A DNA stretch of 64,000 bases from Candidatus Uhrbacteria bacterium (GTDB lineage Bacteria > Patescibacteriota > Patescibacteriia > UBA9934 > GWF2-40-263): contig JAERTI010000036.1 of the NCBI GenBank assembly GCA_016844925.1, forward strand, positions 11,053 through 75,052. The letters are read 5' to 3'. Positions 48,479-56,996 of this stretch are shown here, in pieces. The position numbers and the translations under genes are program-made. How positions within the stretch are numbered: the first letter of the stretch is position 1; each line of letters starts with the position of its first letter. Below the pieces are notes generated by a model. That model worked only from the letters and a program-made list of their open reading frames with translations. It was not told the origin of the DNA and did no database searches.

Positions 48479-49876
48479 CTAGGGCCGATCGATCTGGGAG
48501 GCGAGCTCCTTGACCGCGGCCACGATAGGCTCCGTTCGGGGGTTGCCCGAGAGCTCTCGGTTGAAGCGCACGCGCTTGCGCGGCTTGTTGCGCTCGAGTA
48601 CACGCCCCATGGTCAGGAACTGCCAGGCGCGATCGCGATCCCTCTCGCTGATCCGCAGTCGCCTGAAGTGCGGCTGACACAGACGCTTGAAGTCCGCATC
48701 GCTGACCCACGAACCTGTGAACGTGTTCGAGACGCTCTGCTCGGGCTGCAGCACACCGAACACCAGCCATACCTGCACCGCCGCCAAGTTGACCCTACCG
48801 GTCACGTAGGCGCCGATCTTCAGCTGACGGTGATCGAACGGTGGCAACACCGGCGGCGTAGCCTTGGCCTTGCGGGCCGGCGGCGGCTTGGGTGCTGGCG
48901 GCGGATCCGGTTCCGGCTCCTCCTCGTCCATCTGGCTCATCTGCTGCTCGAGGCGTGCGAACTCGATGAACTCACGATCCTCTCGATGACGATGATTGGC
49001 ATCGATCAGGTCACTGCTAAACGAGACCACACAGTCCTTCAGATCTTGCCCCTTCTCCCGCATGGAGTAGATCGCCAGCAGGTCGCCGAGCGCCTTGAGC
49101 GAGAGCGAGGGAAGCAGTCGGTGGTGCTGAATGAGCCCCTGAGCACTGTCGCTATCGAGCTCACCATCGAGCATGACGAGCACGTCGTCCAGCCGGTGGG
49201 CGAAGTGATCCATCAACTTCACGGTGGTCTCAACCGTGAGCGTGCGGCGCACCGACAGGGCACTGATGGCCAGCAGCTTGCACATGGGCAACGGCTGTGT
49301 CAGCCGGCTCATGAGTGCCACAAGGCGCTCGACGACTCCACGCGTCAGCCCCTCAGTGAGCACCGCTCCCATGGGCGCGTCTTCGCGATCGATCACCAGC
49401 GGCTCACAGCGCATGTGCGTGCCGATGAGCCAGAACAGCTCGGCGGGACGCTCCCAGTAGGCACGCTGCTGCGGCACCTTCTCCTTGGACCGACTCGAGA
49501 CACCCGGCGTGAGTGCATCGTAGATGGCCTTAAGGCTGGGCACCACATCCTCAGCACTGGCGAAACGAACACCGTAGTGCCAGGCCATGCCCAGCAGGTG
49601 AATGTGTCGCGGTGCGCGCTTGCGCGTACGCCCCTGGTTGATGGCGTCCACGCACTGCGCGAACGCTGCTTCCCTGGAGAGCGTACTGTCCTGAGACATC
49701 TTCACGGACGTCAGCGCGTGCAGCGCCGCGTTCGTGGCCACCACGAGCTCCGGGATGATCCCGAAGTCGACATAGACGGCCGGCACCTGAGAAGATCGCA
49801 GATCCGCGAGCTCTCTGGTGGCCTGGGGAGCCTTCAAGCTCCCGAGCTCCATGAGCCCTGAATGGATCATCTCCAT
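48479..49876 (-). CDS. Hypothetical protein, Pro/Glu linker, possible C-terminal wHTH
   Basis: ATG at 49876 after AGGAGG; the ATG at 49933 lies inside the promoter spacer. Confidence 0.7.
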   Translation of the reverse strand: MEMIHSGLMELGSLKAPQATRELADLRSSQVPAVYVDFGIIPELVVATNAALHALTSVKMSQDSTLSREAAFAQCVDAINQGRTRKRAPRHIHLLGMAWHYGVRFASAEDVVPSLKAIYDALTPGVSSRSKEKVPQQRAYWERPAELFWLIGTHMRCEPLVIDREDAPMGAVLTEGLTRGVVERLVALMSRLTQPLPMCKLLAISALSVRRTLTVETTVKLMDHFAHRLDDVLVMLDGELDSDSAQGLIQHHRLLPSLSLKALGDLLAIYSMREKGQDLKDCVVSFSSDLIDANHRHREDREFIEFARLEQQMSQMDEEEPEPDPPPAPKPPPARKAKATPPVLPPFDHRQLKIGAYVTGRVNLAAVQVWLVFGVLQPEQSVSNTFTGSWVSDADFKRLCQPHFRRLRISERDRDRAWQFLTMGRVLERNKPRKRVRFNRELSGNPRTEPIVAAVKELASQIDRP

Positions 49877-49922
49877 GAGATTTCCTCCTGTCTGGGTCGA
49901 TAGGATATCTAAACCAGACGGT

Positions 49923-49965
49923 AGACTAGCCATTCATTGACATTCTGTCAATCCATTGTTAACGT
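49923..49965. promoter_or_regulatory. Overlapping divergent promoters with palindromic -35 elements
   Basis: ATTGACA-TTC-TGTCAAT; plus strand TTGACA-17-TAACGT; minus strand TTGACA-17-TAGTCT. Confidence 0.75.
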
Positions 49966-50005
49966 GCGTCCTCGCGGATTTTCCCGGGAGAAAGGGAGGA
50001 AAAAC

Positions 50006-51025
50006 GTGGTAAACCGCTCCTACGCTTACCCAGCGCATGATGCACTGCGGCTCGCGTGGATGGCCTATCAACCGCGCGGACCCGTCCATGAGGACGACCG
50101 AATCCTGTACCTCGCCGGCGAAGAGAACCTGGAGCTTCCAGGTTACCGCCAGCTCGGCTACAGACCTGACCAGCTCCTTACCTGCGAACATGACCCTCGC
50201 CGCTTCCCTCACGTCCTGGCCAACGGCCAGGGAGTGAATGTGGCTCAGGGCAACATCGCCGATGCCATCGCTGCTCTCCAACAGTGGGAGTGGCCACGCT
50301 TGCGTGGCGCCTGGCTGGACTTCGACGGCAACTCCCATACCTACACCGACGAGCTCCTCAAGCTCGCGGCCGTGCTCCCATCACCCCGGGGTTCTACCCT
50401 GGGTGTGACGAGCTTCGCCGCGCGTGACAACGAGGCTCTAGTGCAGGGAACGGTGAACACCTGCAAGTTCCTTTCCGGACTCGAGAACCTCAGTCAATTC
50501 TTGCGCGAGTACGGAACACAGCTCAGGCAGTACGAACATCTACTGCGCTTCATTCGCCACGGCGAGTCGACCCCTACTTCGCACTTCCAACGCGAGATGG
50601 GGCTCCTCTGGTGGCTGGTGCTCATGTTCGGCTCGGTAGACCTCCCCAAGGGCGAGCGCTACTACCGCACCGACGGCGCTTTCTTGGATCGCTCTGCCAG
50701 CATCCTTGACGGACTCACCCGTAAGGTGGAAGGTGCTCTGAGCACCGGCTCACAGAGTCGCATGGTCTGGGAATTCGATCCCGCCCTGCGCGACCTGCTC
50801 GCTGGACGAAAGGTCAGCGTGTGGATCACGCACCTGGAGCGCTATGCGTTCTGGTCGCAGAACCGCCAGCCCATGCGAACCTGGTTCGTAAAGGTTCAGC
50901 CGGTCATCGAGGGCACCTTCGCGCCCACGATGCAGGAACTGTTGGTGCAAGTTTGGAAACTCGCGTGCCGAAGCCCGCTCATCTACATCGATGAGCAGGG
51001 TGGACGCGTGCAAATCGACCCCTAG
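50006..51025 (+). CDS. Putative Rossmann-fold SAM methyltransferase-like protein
   Basis: ILYLAG...LLTCE.D...QGNI...AWLDFDG strand pattern; GTG after GGAGG. Confidence 0.55.
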   Translation: MVNRSYAYPAHDALRLAWMAYQPRGPVHEDDRILYLAGEENLELPGYRQLGYRPDQLLTCEHDPRRFPHVLANGQGVNVAQGNIADAIAALQQWEWPRLRGAWLDFDGNSHTYTDELLKLAAVLPSPRGSTLGVTSFAARDNEALVQGTVNTCKFLSGLENLSQFLREYGTQLRQYEHLLRFIRHGESTPTSHFQREMGLLWWLVLMFGSVDLPKGERYYRTDGAFLDRSASILDGLTRKVEGALSTGSQSRMVWEFDPALRDLLAGRKVSVWITHLERYAFWSQNRQPMRTWFVKVQPVIEGTFAPTMQELLVQVWKLACRSPLIYIDEQGGRVQIDP

Positions 51026-51040
51026 TGTAAGGAGGAAGCG

Positions 51041-51793
51041 ATGAAGGTCGCAGAGATCCTGGAGAAGGGAGCGGAGTTCCTGATGGGACTCGCTCAGCTG
51101 GCACGGATGGTGCCGGAGCTGGATGCGCGCGTGAAGGCGCTGGAAGAGCAGAGCTCGCCGCCCGAGCAGGACGGTGACAAGGAGCCCGAGCAGGGCGACG
51201 GTGGCAGCGCGGATCCCGAGCCCGAGCAGGGCGGAGACGGTGGTGGCGACGGTGCCACGGACCCGAAGGCCATCACGGCCGACCCGGACACCTGGCCGCT
51301 GCGCGAGCCGGATCTGTCCAGCCGGAAGATCCTCAAGCGCAAGAAGTACGACGTCGACGACGTCGACCGTGCCATCGTCGCGGCCGTGCTCGCCACGGAC
51401 CCCGACGACGCCACCTGGAACGAGGACCGCAAGAAGATCGCCAAGGTCCGCCGACTGATCCTCAAGCAGATCGACGGTCTGCACGCCGCGCACTCGCGTG
51501 CCAACGGCAACGGTGGTGGCGGTGGGGCCGACCCGGTCTACACCCACGTGCCGGCCACCTGGCCCACCCGGCCGCCCAAGCAGGTGCATCCCGACGGCTA
51601 CCCGCCACGCGGAGCCCAGAACTACGACAGCGATCAGACGGACCTGGCCATCGCCCTGGCCGTGCGCAAGCACGCCCCGAACGACTGGTCCACGCTCCGC
51701 TTCGAGATCGCCAAGGCCCGCCAGCTCACCACCCAGCAGGTGGCCGAGCTCGGAGCCCGCATCACCCGCCTGGGACTGCTAGACGCGGCCTAG
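51041..51793 (+). CDS. Protein with two copies of an HTH/homeodomain-like module
   Basis: P.TWP.R.P...YD.D..D.AI..AV...W...R..IAK.R.L...Q occurs twice; SD AGGAGG. Confidence 0.7.
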   Translation: MKVAEILEKGAEFLMGLAQLARMVPELDARVKALEEQSSPPEQDGDKEPEQGDGGSADPEPEQGGDGGGDGATDPKAITADPDTWPLREPDLSSRKILKRKKYDVDDVDRAIVAAVLATDPDDATWNEDRKKIAKVRRLILKQIDGLHAAHSRANGNGGGGGADPVYTHVPATWPTRPPKQVHPDGYPPRGAQNYDSDQTDLAIALAVRKHAPNDWSTLRFEIAKARQLTTQQVAELGARITRLGLLDAA

Positions 51794-51935
51794 ACGGCCA
51801 ACTTCCGACCGCTACGACAGCGGTCGTTTTCTTTTACTTCACAGGGGAAACCTCTTGACAAAGCGCTTTTTTCCGCCTAGGCTCCTCCTCTGGTAACCTT
51901 TCGTTACCGTTCATTCCCTTTCAGGAGGAGAACCC

Positions 51936-53852
51936 ATGTCAGGACGTAGATCCCGCCGCATCAGAGACGGCGGGGTCAGCGATGATCTGCGCCGCTCCCG
52001 AAACTTCCTTGCGCTACTGGGTCAGCTGGTAGACGCCGAGCAAGACGGAGATTTCGAAGACCATCTGTTCGACCCTGGTGCGTTCCAGCCGACCAAGGGA
52101 AGCCTCAGGACGGCCCTGGACCTCAAGCCACCGAGCGCAAGCCCGGCGAGCAACGAACCCAAGCCTGTTCAGGAAACCGAGCCTGCCGCCGAGCCGGAGC
52201 CGACTCCGGAACCCGAAGTCAAGCCCGAGCCCATCGAGGTTTCGCCGCCCGACCTTCCCGAGGAGCCTGCTCCTGAGGAACCTGCTGCCGAGCCGGAGCT
52301 GGAGATCGCTGCTGAACAGGAGCCCGAGCCGACTCCGGAACCCGAAGTCAAGCCCGAGCCGACCGATGCCAGCGAAGATCGCGCCGCGATCATCCAGCTG
52401 CATCCGCCGGCGCCTGCTCCTGAGCCGGAAGCGGCACACGAGCCGGACATCGAGCCCGAGGTGGAAGCCGAGGGACAGGACGCCGCAGACGAGATCACGC
52501 TCCTGGAGCTGATCGCCTACGCGAACGCCTTGCACACGAGCCATCCGCTCGCCGAGGGGCTGGAGAGCATCTCGCTCCGACGCATCCTCCGTGGTTTGGA
52601 CTCCGCCGGTGTCCTGGTGGAAGCCGTGGGCACTGGATCCCTCACGCAGGCCAAGAGTCTGTTGTCCGCGCGTCACCGCACGCTCAAGACACTGCTCGAT
52701 ACGGCACAACAGGAAGCAACGGCCGCTGGTGCACCCGGAGACCTTCCGGATGAAGACCAGGGTCTGATCCGTCGACTCAACTCGCTCGTTGCGGGCCAGG
52801 CGGAGCAGCTTGAAGATGTGCACTCGCAGATCTACATCTCCGTGACAGAAGCACAGGTCATCACCGATGCTGTCGTCGATCTGGGAAACCAGGTCACCCA
52901 GCACGAGGATGCCTTGCTGGCACAGGTGGCGGTGGTCAAGGGCCTGGAAGCCCACATCACTCGTTACCACCTCTTGCGCGCGCACTCGATCGAGCAGCGT
53001 GCTGCCAACGACAAGAAGCGAGATGGCTTCGTCACGCAGATGCGCACCATCACGGCACGCATCGACACCTTGCACGCGCAGATGCGCAGTGCCATCACGG
53101 CGGCCGAGAGCAAACTCTCGGAACGCCAGACACTGAACCTCACCACGCGCAAGCCGCGTGATCGCGCCAAGCGTGGCATCACGCAGCTGCGCGCGCAGGT
53201 CAGCGCTGTGGAACTGCTCGGCGCCCGCGTGCCGGACGACCTCCTCGAACAGATCGAGGGTCTGATCCAGCCGTTGGACCTCTCCTTGCGTCTGTGGAAG
53301 CGGAGCACGCCTCCGCTGGAGACCCCGGAACTCTCGATGGAAGTCGAGGAGGCACTGAAGGAACTCGAGGACATCAAGGGTCGAGTCATCGCCCTGTTGA
53401 GTGCCCCAGAGGGACCGTTCCTGGGTCGTGAGACCCGTGAGCTGGAGCTGCGCAAGCTGCTGCTGATCACCATGGAGCTGGTCATCCCTGAGGGGAACGA
53501 GACCACAGGGAGCAAGAAGTCTGTCCCTCACCGAGGCTACAAGACGGCCCACTACCTCAACGCCCTCCTGCACCTGGGCTACATCACCCAGGCTGAAGTG
53601 GACCTTGAGGAAGAAGAAAAGAACTTGATGAACTGGGCAAAGTTGGAGCGCAAGCGAAAGACAAACCCCAAGCTCAAGTACGCCAAGGGCCATGGTCGTA
53701 GGACCAGAGGCATGAACTGGCACTCGTTCAACCTGACCCAGCACGGACACGATCTGGCACAGGAGCACTTGAACGAGTTGCGGGACCGCGCTGCCTTCAC
53801 GGTAGCCATCAAGCGCGCCTTCAAGCACGTGCTTCCCAAGCACTGGCAGTAG
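51936..53852 (+). CDS. Pro/Glu-rich, coiled-coil protein with possible C-terminal wHTH
   Basis: 638-aa ORF; SD AGGAGG; promoter TTGACA-17-TAGGCT; terminator at about 53861-53890. Confidence 0.75.
   Translation: MSGRRSRRIRDGGVSDDLRRSRNFLALLGQLVDAEQDGDFEDHLFDPGAFQPTKGSLRTALDLKPPSASPASNEPKPVQETEPAAEPEPTPEPEVKPEPIEVSPPDLPEEPAPEEPAAEPELEIAAEQEPEPTPEPEVKPEPTDASEDRAAIIQLHPPAPAPEPEAAHEPDIEPEVEAEGQDAADEITLLELIAYANALHTSHPLAEGLESISLRRILRGLDSAGVLVEAVGTGSLTQAKSLLSARHRTLKTLLDTAQQEATAAGAPGDLPDEDQGLIRRLNSLVAGQAEQLEDVHSQIYISVTEAQVITDAVVDLGNQVTQHEDALLAQVAVVKGLEAHITRYHLLRAHSIEQRAANDKKRDGFVTQMRTITARIDTLHAQMRSAITAAESKLSERQTLNLTTRKPRDRAKRGITQLRAQVSAVELLGARVPDDLLEQIEGLIQPLDLSLRLWKRSTPPLETPELSMEVEEALKELEDIKGRVIALLSAPEGPFLGRETRELELRKLLLITMELVIPEGNETTGSKKSVPHRGYKTAHYLNALLHLGYITQAEVDLEEEEKNLMNWAKLERKRKTNPKLKYAKGHGRRTRGMNWHSFNLTQHGHDLAQEHLNELRDRAAFTVAIKRAFKHVLPKHWQ
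52197..52360 (+). repeat. 35-bp exact direct repeat inside CDS
   Basis: gagccgactccggaacccgaagtcaagcccgagcc at 52197-52231 and 52326-52360 (EPTPEPEVKPEP). Confidence 0.85.
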
Positions 53853-53927
53853 AAGGTACCCCCACCATCACGCGGTGGGGATTTTTTGTTGTAAGAAAAA
53901 ACCGACCGCGTAACGGTCGGGGACGTA

Positions 53928-55160
53928 CTAGTCGGTGACAACCAGTCGTGCGTAGAGGCGGAGCAGGGTCCGCAGCTCTTCGATCTGCTCTTCGATCTGG
54001 GTGATCTCGGGGAGACCCTCGGTGCTGAACGAACCGACGAGCTCGGTACGCTGCCCATCCAGATCCTTCAGGTCCTTTGCGACGCCGTCACGCGCAGCGG
54101 TCAGCTCCGCGATCTCACGGTCCAGCTCCTCTCGACGAGTCGTGAGGCTGGCGATCTGCTCGTCCAGCCCCTGCGTCGCCTCAGCGAGCTTCTCGCTGGC
54201 CACGCGCTCACGCTGAGCGAGCAGCTCGTCGATCTCGCCCTGGAGCTCCTCCGGCGTCTTCACGCGCGGAGACGCGGGCGGAGCGGGAACCGGGGGCTCC
54301 GGCTCCTCCTCGGGCTCGGACTCCTTCTGCACCAGCTCCTGCCAGCGCTGACACTCCTCCGGCGTGACGAGATCGCCCGCCAGGTTGAAGTACGGCCGGA
54401 GGACCACCACGTACATGGACGGGTCGGTCCGTGAGCGCAGCTTGCCACGCGTCACGTAGAGCAATCCGAGCCCCTTGAGGTCACGAATCATGCTCTGGGG
54501 CGACGTGATGTCCGCATCCTTGAGAACCTCCATGAGCTCCCCGAAGGTGAACTCGCGGTGACCCTCTCGAGCAGAAAACTCGCAAAGGGCCTCGACGGCT
54601 CTCTGTCGACGATCGGATCGAATCACGACCTGATCGGCGTCCGGAGGCATGATCCACGGCCCGTCGGGCAGAGGGCTCGGCCAGATCACTTCCGAAGGAC
54701 CGAGATCACCACGGAGCTTGCCGTCATGACCAGGCTTCTGACCCTTGAGATCCTCGGGCTCCCACCGCTCGTTGTCGTTGGCCTTGCAGATGAAGACCAC
54801 GCCGGAGGTGTAGGGCACCACCGGAACACTCACGCTGCCGACCTCTTCGACGGTCCCGATGGCGTCGCGCTGCTTCTTGAGCACGCCGAGCATGGTTGAG
54901 CCAGGAGTCTTGGCGTGCCAACCGACGATCTCATCGCGAACATCCTGGGGCACCGGACGCTTCCGGTTGTCCCAGAACCACCGCGTCAGATCCTTGACGA
55001 TGGCGTTCTCCACCTTGCCCAAGCGCACCTCGCGCAGGGGCTCCTCGCTCGCTCCAGCTCCGACTGCGCCTTGCATGGCGCTGGCATCGGAACGCGTTAC
55101 CGTTCGTCCTCCGCGCCCTGGACCTTGTCCAGTCGCCTGAGGGGCTGCCTCATTCGGCAT
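53928..55160 (-). CDS. wHTH-like plus C-terminal coiled-coil protein
   Basis: FTFGELMEVL...MIRDLKGLGLLY; heptad repeats; SD AGGAGGT; promoter TTGACA-17-TAGGGT. Confidence 0.72.
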   Translation of the reverse strand: MPNEAAPQATGQGPGRGGRTVTRSDASAMQGAVGAGASEEPLREVRLGKVENAIVKDLTRWFWDNRKRPVPQDVRDEIVGWHAKTPGSTMLGVLKKQRDAIGTVEEVGSVSVPVVPYTSGVVFICKANDNERWEPEDLKGQKPGHDGKLRGDLGPSEVIWPSPLPDGPWIMPPDADQVVIRSDRRQRAVEALCEFSAREGHREFTFGELMEVLKDADITSPQSMIRDLKGLGLLYVTRGKLRSRTDPSMYVVVLRPYFNLAGDLVTPEECQRWQELVQKESEPEEEPEPPVPAPPASPRVKTPEELQGEIDELLAQRERVASEKLAEATQGLDEQIASLTTRREELDREIAELTAARDGVAKDLKDLDGQRTELVGSFSTEGLPEITQIEEQIEELRTLLRLYARLVVTD

Positions 55161-55331
55161 TGGTACCTCCTCTCAGTGAAAAAACTGAGGGTTGACCCTA
55201 CGTCTGCAGCGCCTGGATGTCAAGGTTTTAGCCTTGACAGAGCCCAAACGCACTGTTAACTTGTGCCTCTTCTGGGCGTTTTACAAAAAACCCCAGATTT
55301 AGGCTCTTTCCCCCCTACCGGAGGTAGCTCC

Positions 55332-56873
55332 ATGACAACGACACCCACCTGGAGTGTTCCCGAGTATGAATACCGGCGTGAGCTGCTGGGTAAGCAGTTC
55401 CACAGGCTCTTCAAGCAGTTCCTCGACGCCAACCGAGGTGACCCGTCACCCAAGACGGCGTTCAAGAGACTGAGCACTTCGGCGGTCGAGGCATTCGCCC
55501 GCGAGCCCACCGATCCGCTCCCTTTCGCCAAGTACTTCCCCAACATCGAGGAAGTCACGGGGATCGACATCGATCGGCTCATGGTCATCGATGCCAAGCT
55601 CAAGCTCATCAAGTTGTGGGAGGATCGATTCCTCCTGCGACGACGTGACGAGCCCCTGGCCTTCCTACTGGACCAGTGCGACGACTTGCCCGAGAGGTTC
55701 GAGTTCGATCGGTACCCAACTCGCGATGAGATTGTGCTGGAAATCCAGGCACTCAGCGACGAGATCGGCTCGCCGATGGTCGCCCAGCAGATGTTCGTGA
55801 ACCAAGGAACGGTCACCAAGTGGTGGGCCGCCAACAAGCCGGGTCGACCGGCAGGCGAAACCCTGATCAAGTGCATCGCCCTGCTGACGGTGGGACCCGT
55901 GCGCTTCCACGGTGGGATCAACTCCCGCGATGACGTCCGATTCCGACTGGTCGTTCGCAACCTTCTGGGCTGCGACCCCCACGAGGTCCTGGGCGTCCGC
56001 AACCTCCCCGAGGCCATCGCGGCACTGGAGCTCGGTGACATCGGCGACATGATCTCTGTGGTGGAGAACCGCACCGGACTTGGTGCTACCACCATCAAGA
56101 ACCTGCGCAAGTGGAGCGCCGAGACCTCCAGCGGCAAGATGCCCGCTCAGAGCATGATGAAGATCATCCGCTTGCTCCTGGCGCGCACCCACCCTGACAA
56201 GCTGACGGACTTCGACGCGGCCGGGAAGCTCTTCCTGGACGCGAAGAACCTCGGCTGGGGCGGCACACCGCTGTTCTGGCCCAAGGTAGTCCAGCAGCCG
56301 AAGCAGCCCGCACCGGAGCCTGAGCCCGTTGTGGCACAGGAGCCGGAGGAACCTGCACCGGAGCCGGCCATGGGACGCAACACCCCCAGTTCGCTCGAGC
56401 TCCTGGAGTTCAAGCGCGCAGTGGTGACGCTGGAACATCTGACCGAGCTCTTTCCTGGACTCCTCGACCAGCTCCCTGAGGCCCTCAAGCCCAAGGTGGC
56501 AGTCGATCCGGAACCGGAGCCCGAACCAGAGCCGGCCGTCGCCGCTCCAGAACCGCCCACCAATGGCGTCACGTCTGAGGTGGACCTGGAGAAGTTGGGG
56601 CCCAAGTGGTTCATCGCGCTGGTGGAGAGCGACAGGCGCCCCACGGCCGGAGAGCTCTCGCAGATCTCCGCGATCCTGCGTGCGTACCCCAAGCTGATCG
56701 GCCGCCTTCTGGGGCTGCCGGTCGAACAACGACGACGTTTCTTCCGAGGCGTTGATGGCTCCATGCTCGCAACCGCCGAGCGACTGCAGGCCGTCGACGC
56801 AACGGAACCCGAACGCTTCCTGAATTTCCTCGACCACGAACTCGAGGACCGGTTCAAGGCCGCAGGAGGCTGA
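55332..56873 (+). CDS. Hypothetical protein with HTH-like motifs and Pro/Glu linkers
   Basis: VAQQMFVNQGTVTKWW and VENRTGLGATTIKNL; SD GGAGGT; promoter TTGACA-17-TAACTT. Confidence 0.72.
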   Translation: MTTTPTWSVPEYEYRRELLGKQFHRLFKQFLDANRGDPSPKTAFKRLSTSAVEAFAREPTDPLPFAKYFPNIEEVTGIDIDRLMVIDAKLKLIKLWEDRFLLRRRDEPLAFLLDQCDDLPERFEFDRYPTRDEIVLEIQALSDEIGSPMVAQQMFVNQGTVTKWWAANKPGRPAGETLIKCIALLTVGPVRFHGGINSRDDVRFRLVVRNLLGCDPHEVLGVRNLPEAIAALELGDIGDMISVVENRTGLGATTIKNLRKWSAETSSGKMPAQSMMKIIRLLLARTHPDKLTDFDAAGKLFLDAKNLGWGGTPLFWPKVVQQPKQPAPEPEPVVAQEPEEPAPEPAMGRNTPSSLELLEFKRAVVTLEHLTELFPGLLDQLPEALKPKVAVDPEPEPEPEPAVAAPEPPTNGVTSEVDLEKLGPKWFIALVESDRRPTAGELSQISAILRAYPKLIGRLLGLPVEQRRRFFRGVDGSMLATAERLQAVDATEPERFLNFLDHELEDRFKAAGG

Positions 56874-56996
56874 CACGCGGGTGAGGCACCCCTCGCCCCT
56901 TTTCTCAAGCAACTCATTCATCCTGAATGTGTTGCTGGAGCTAAAGACACGCTCCTTTCATTGTCATCTACCACTTCCCACACTGGAGAGAAGCCC

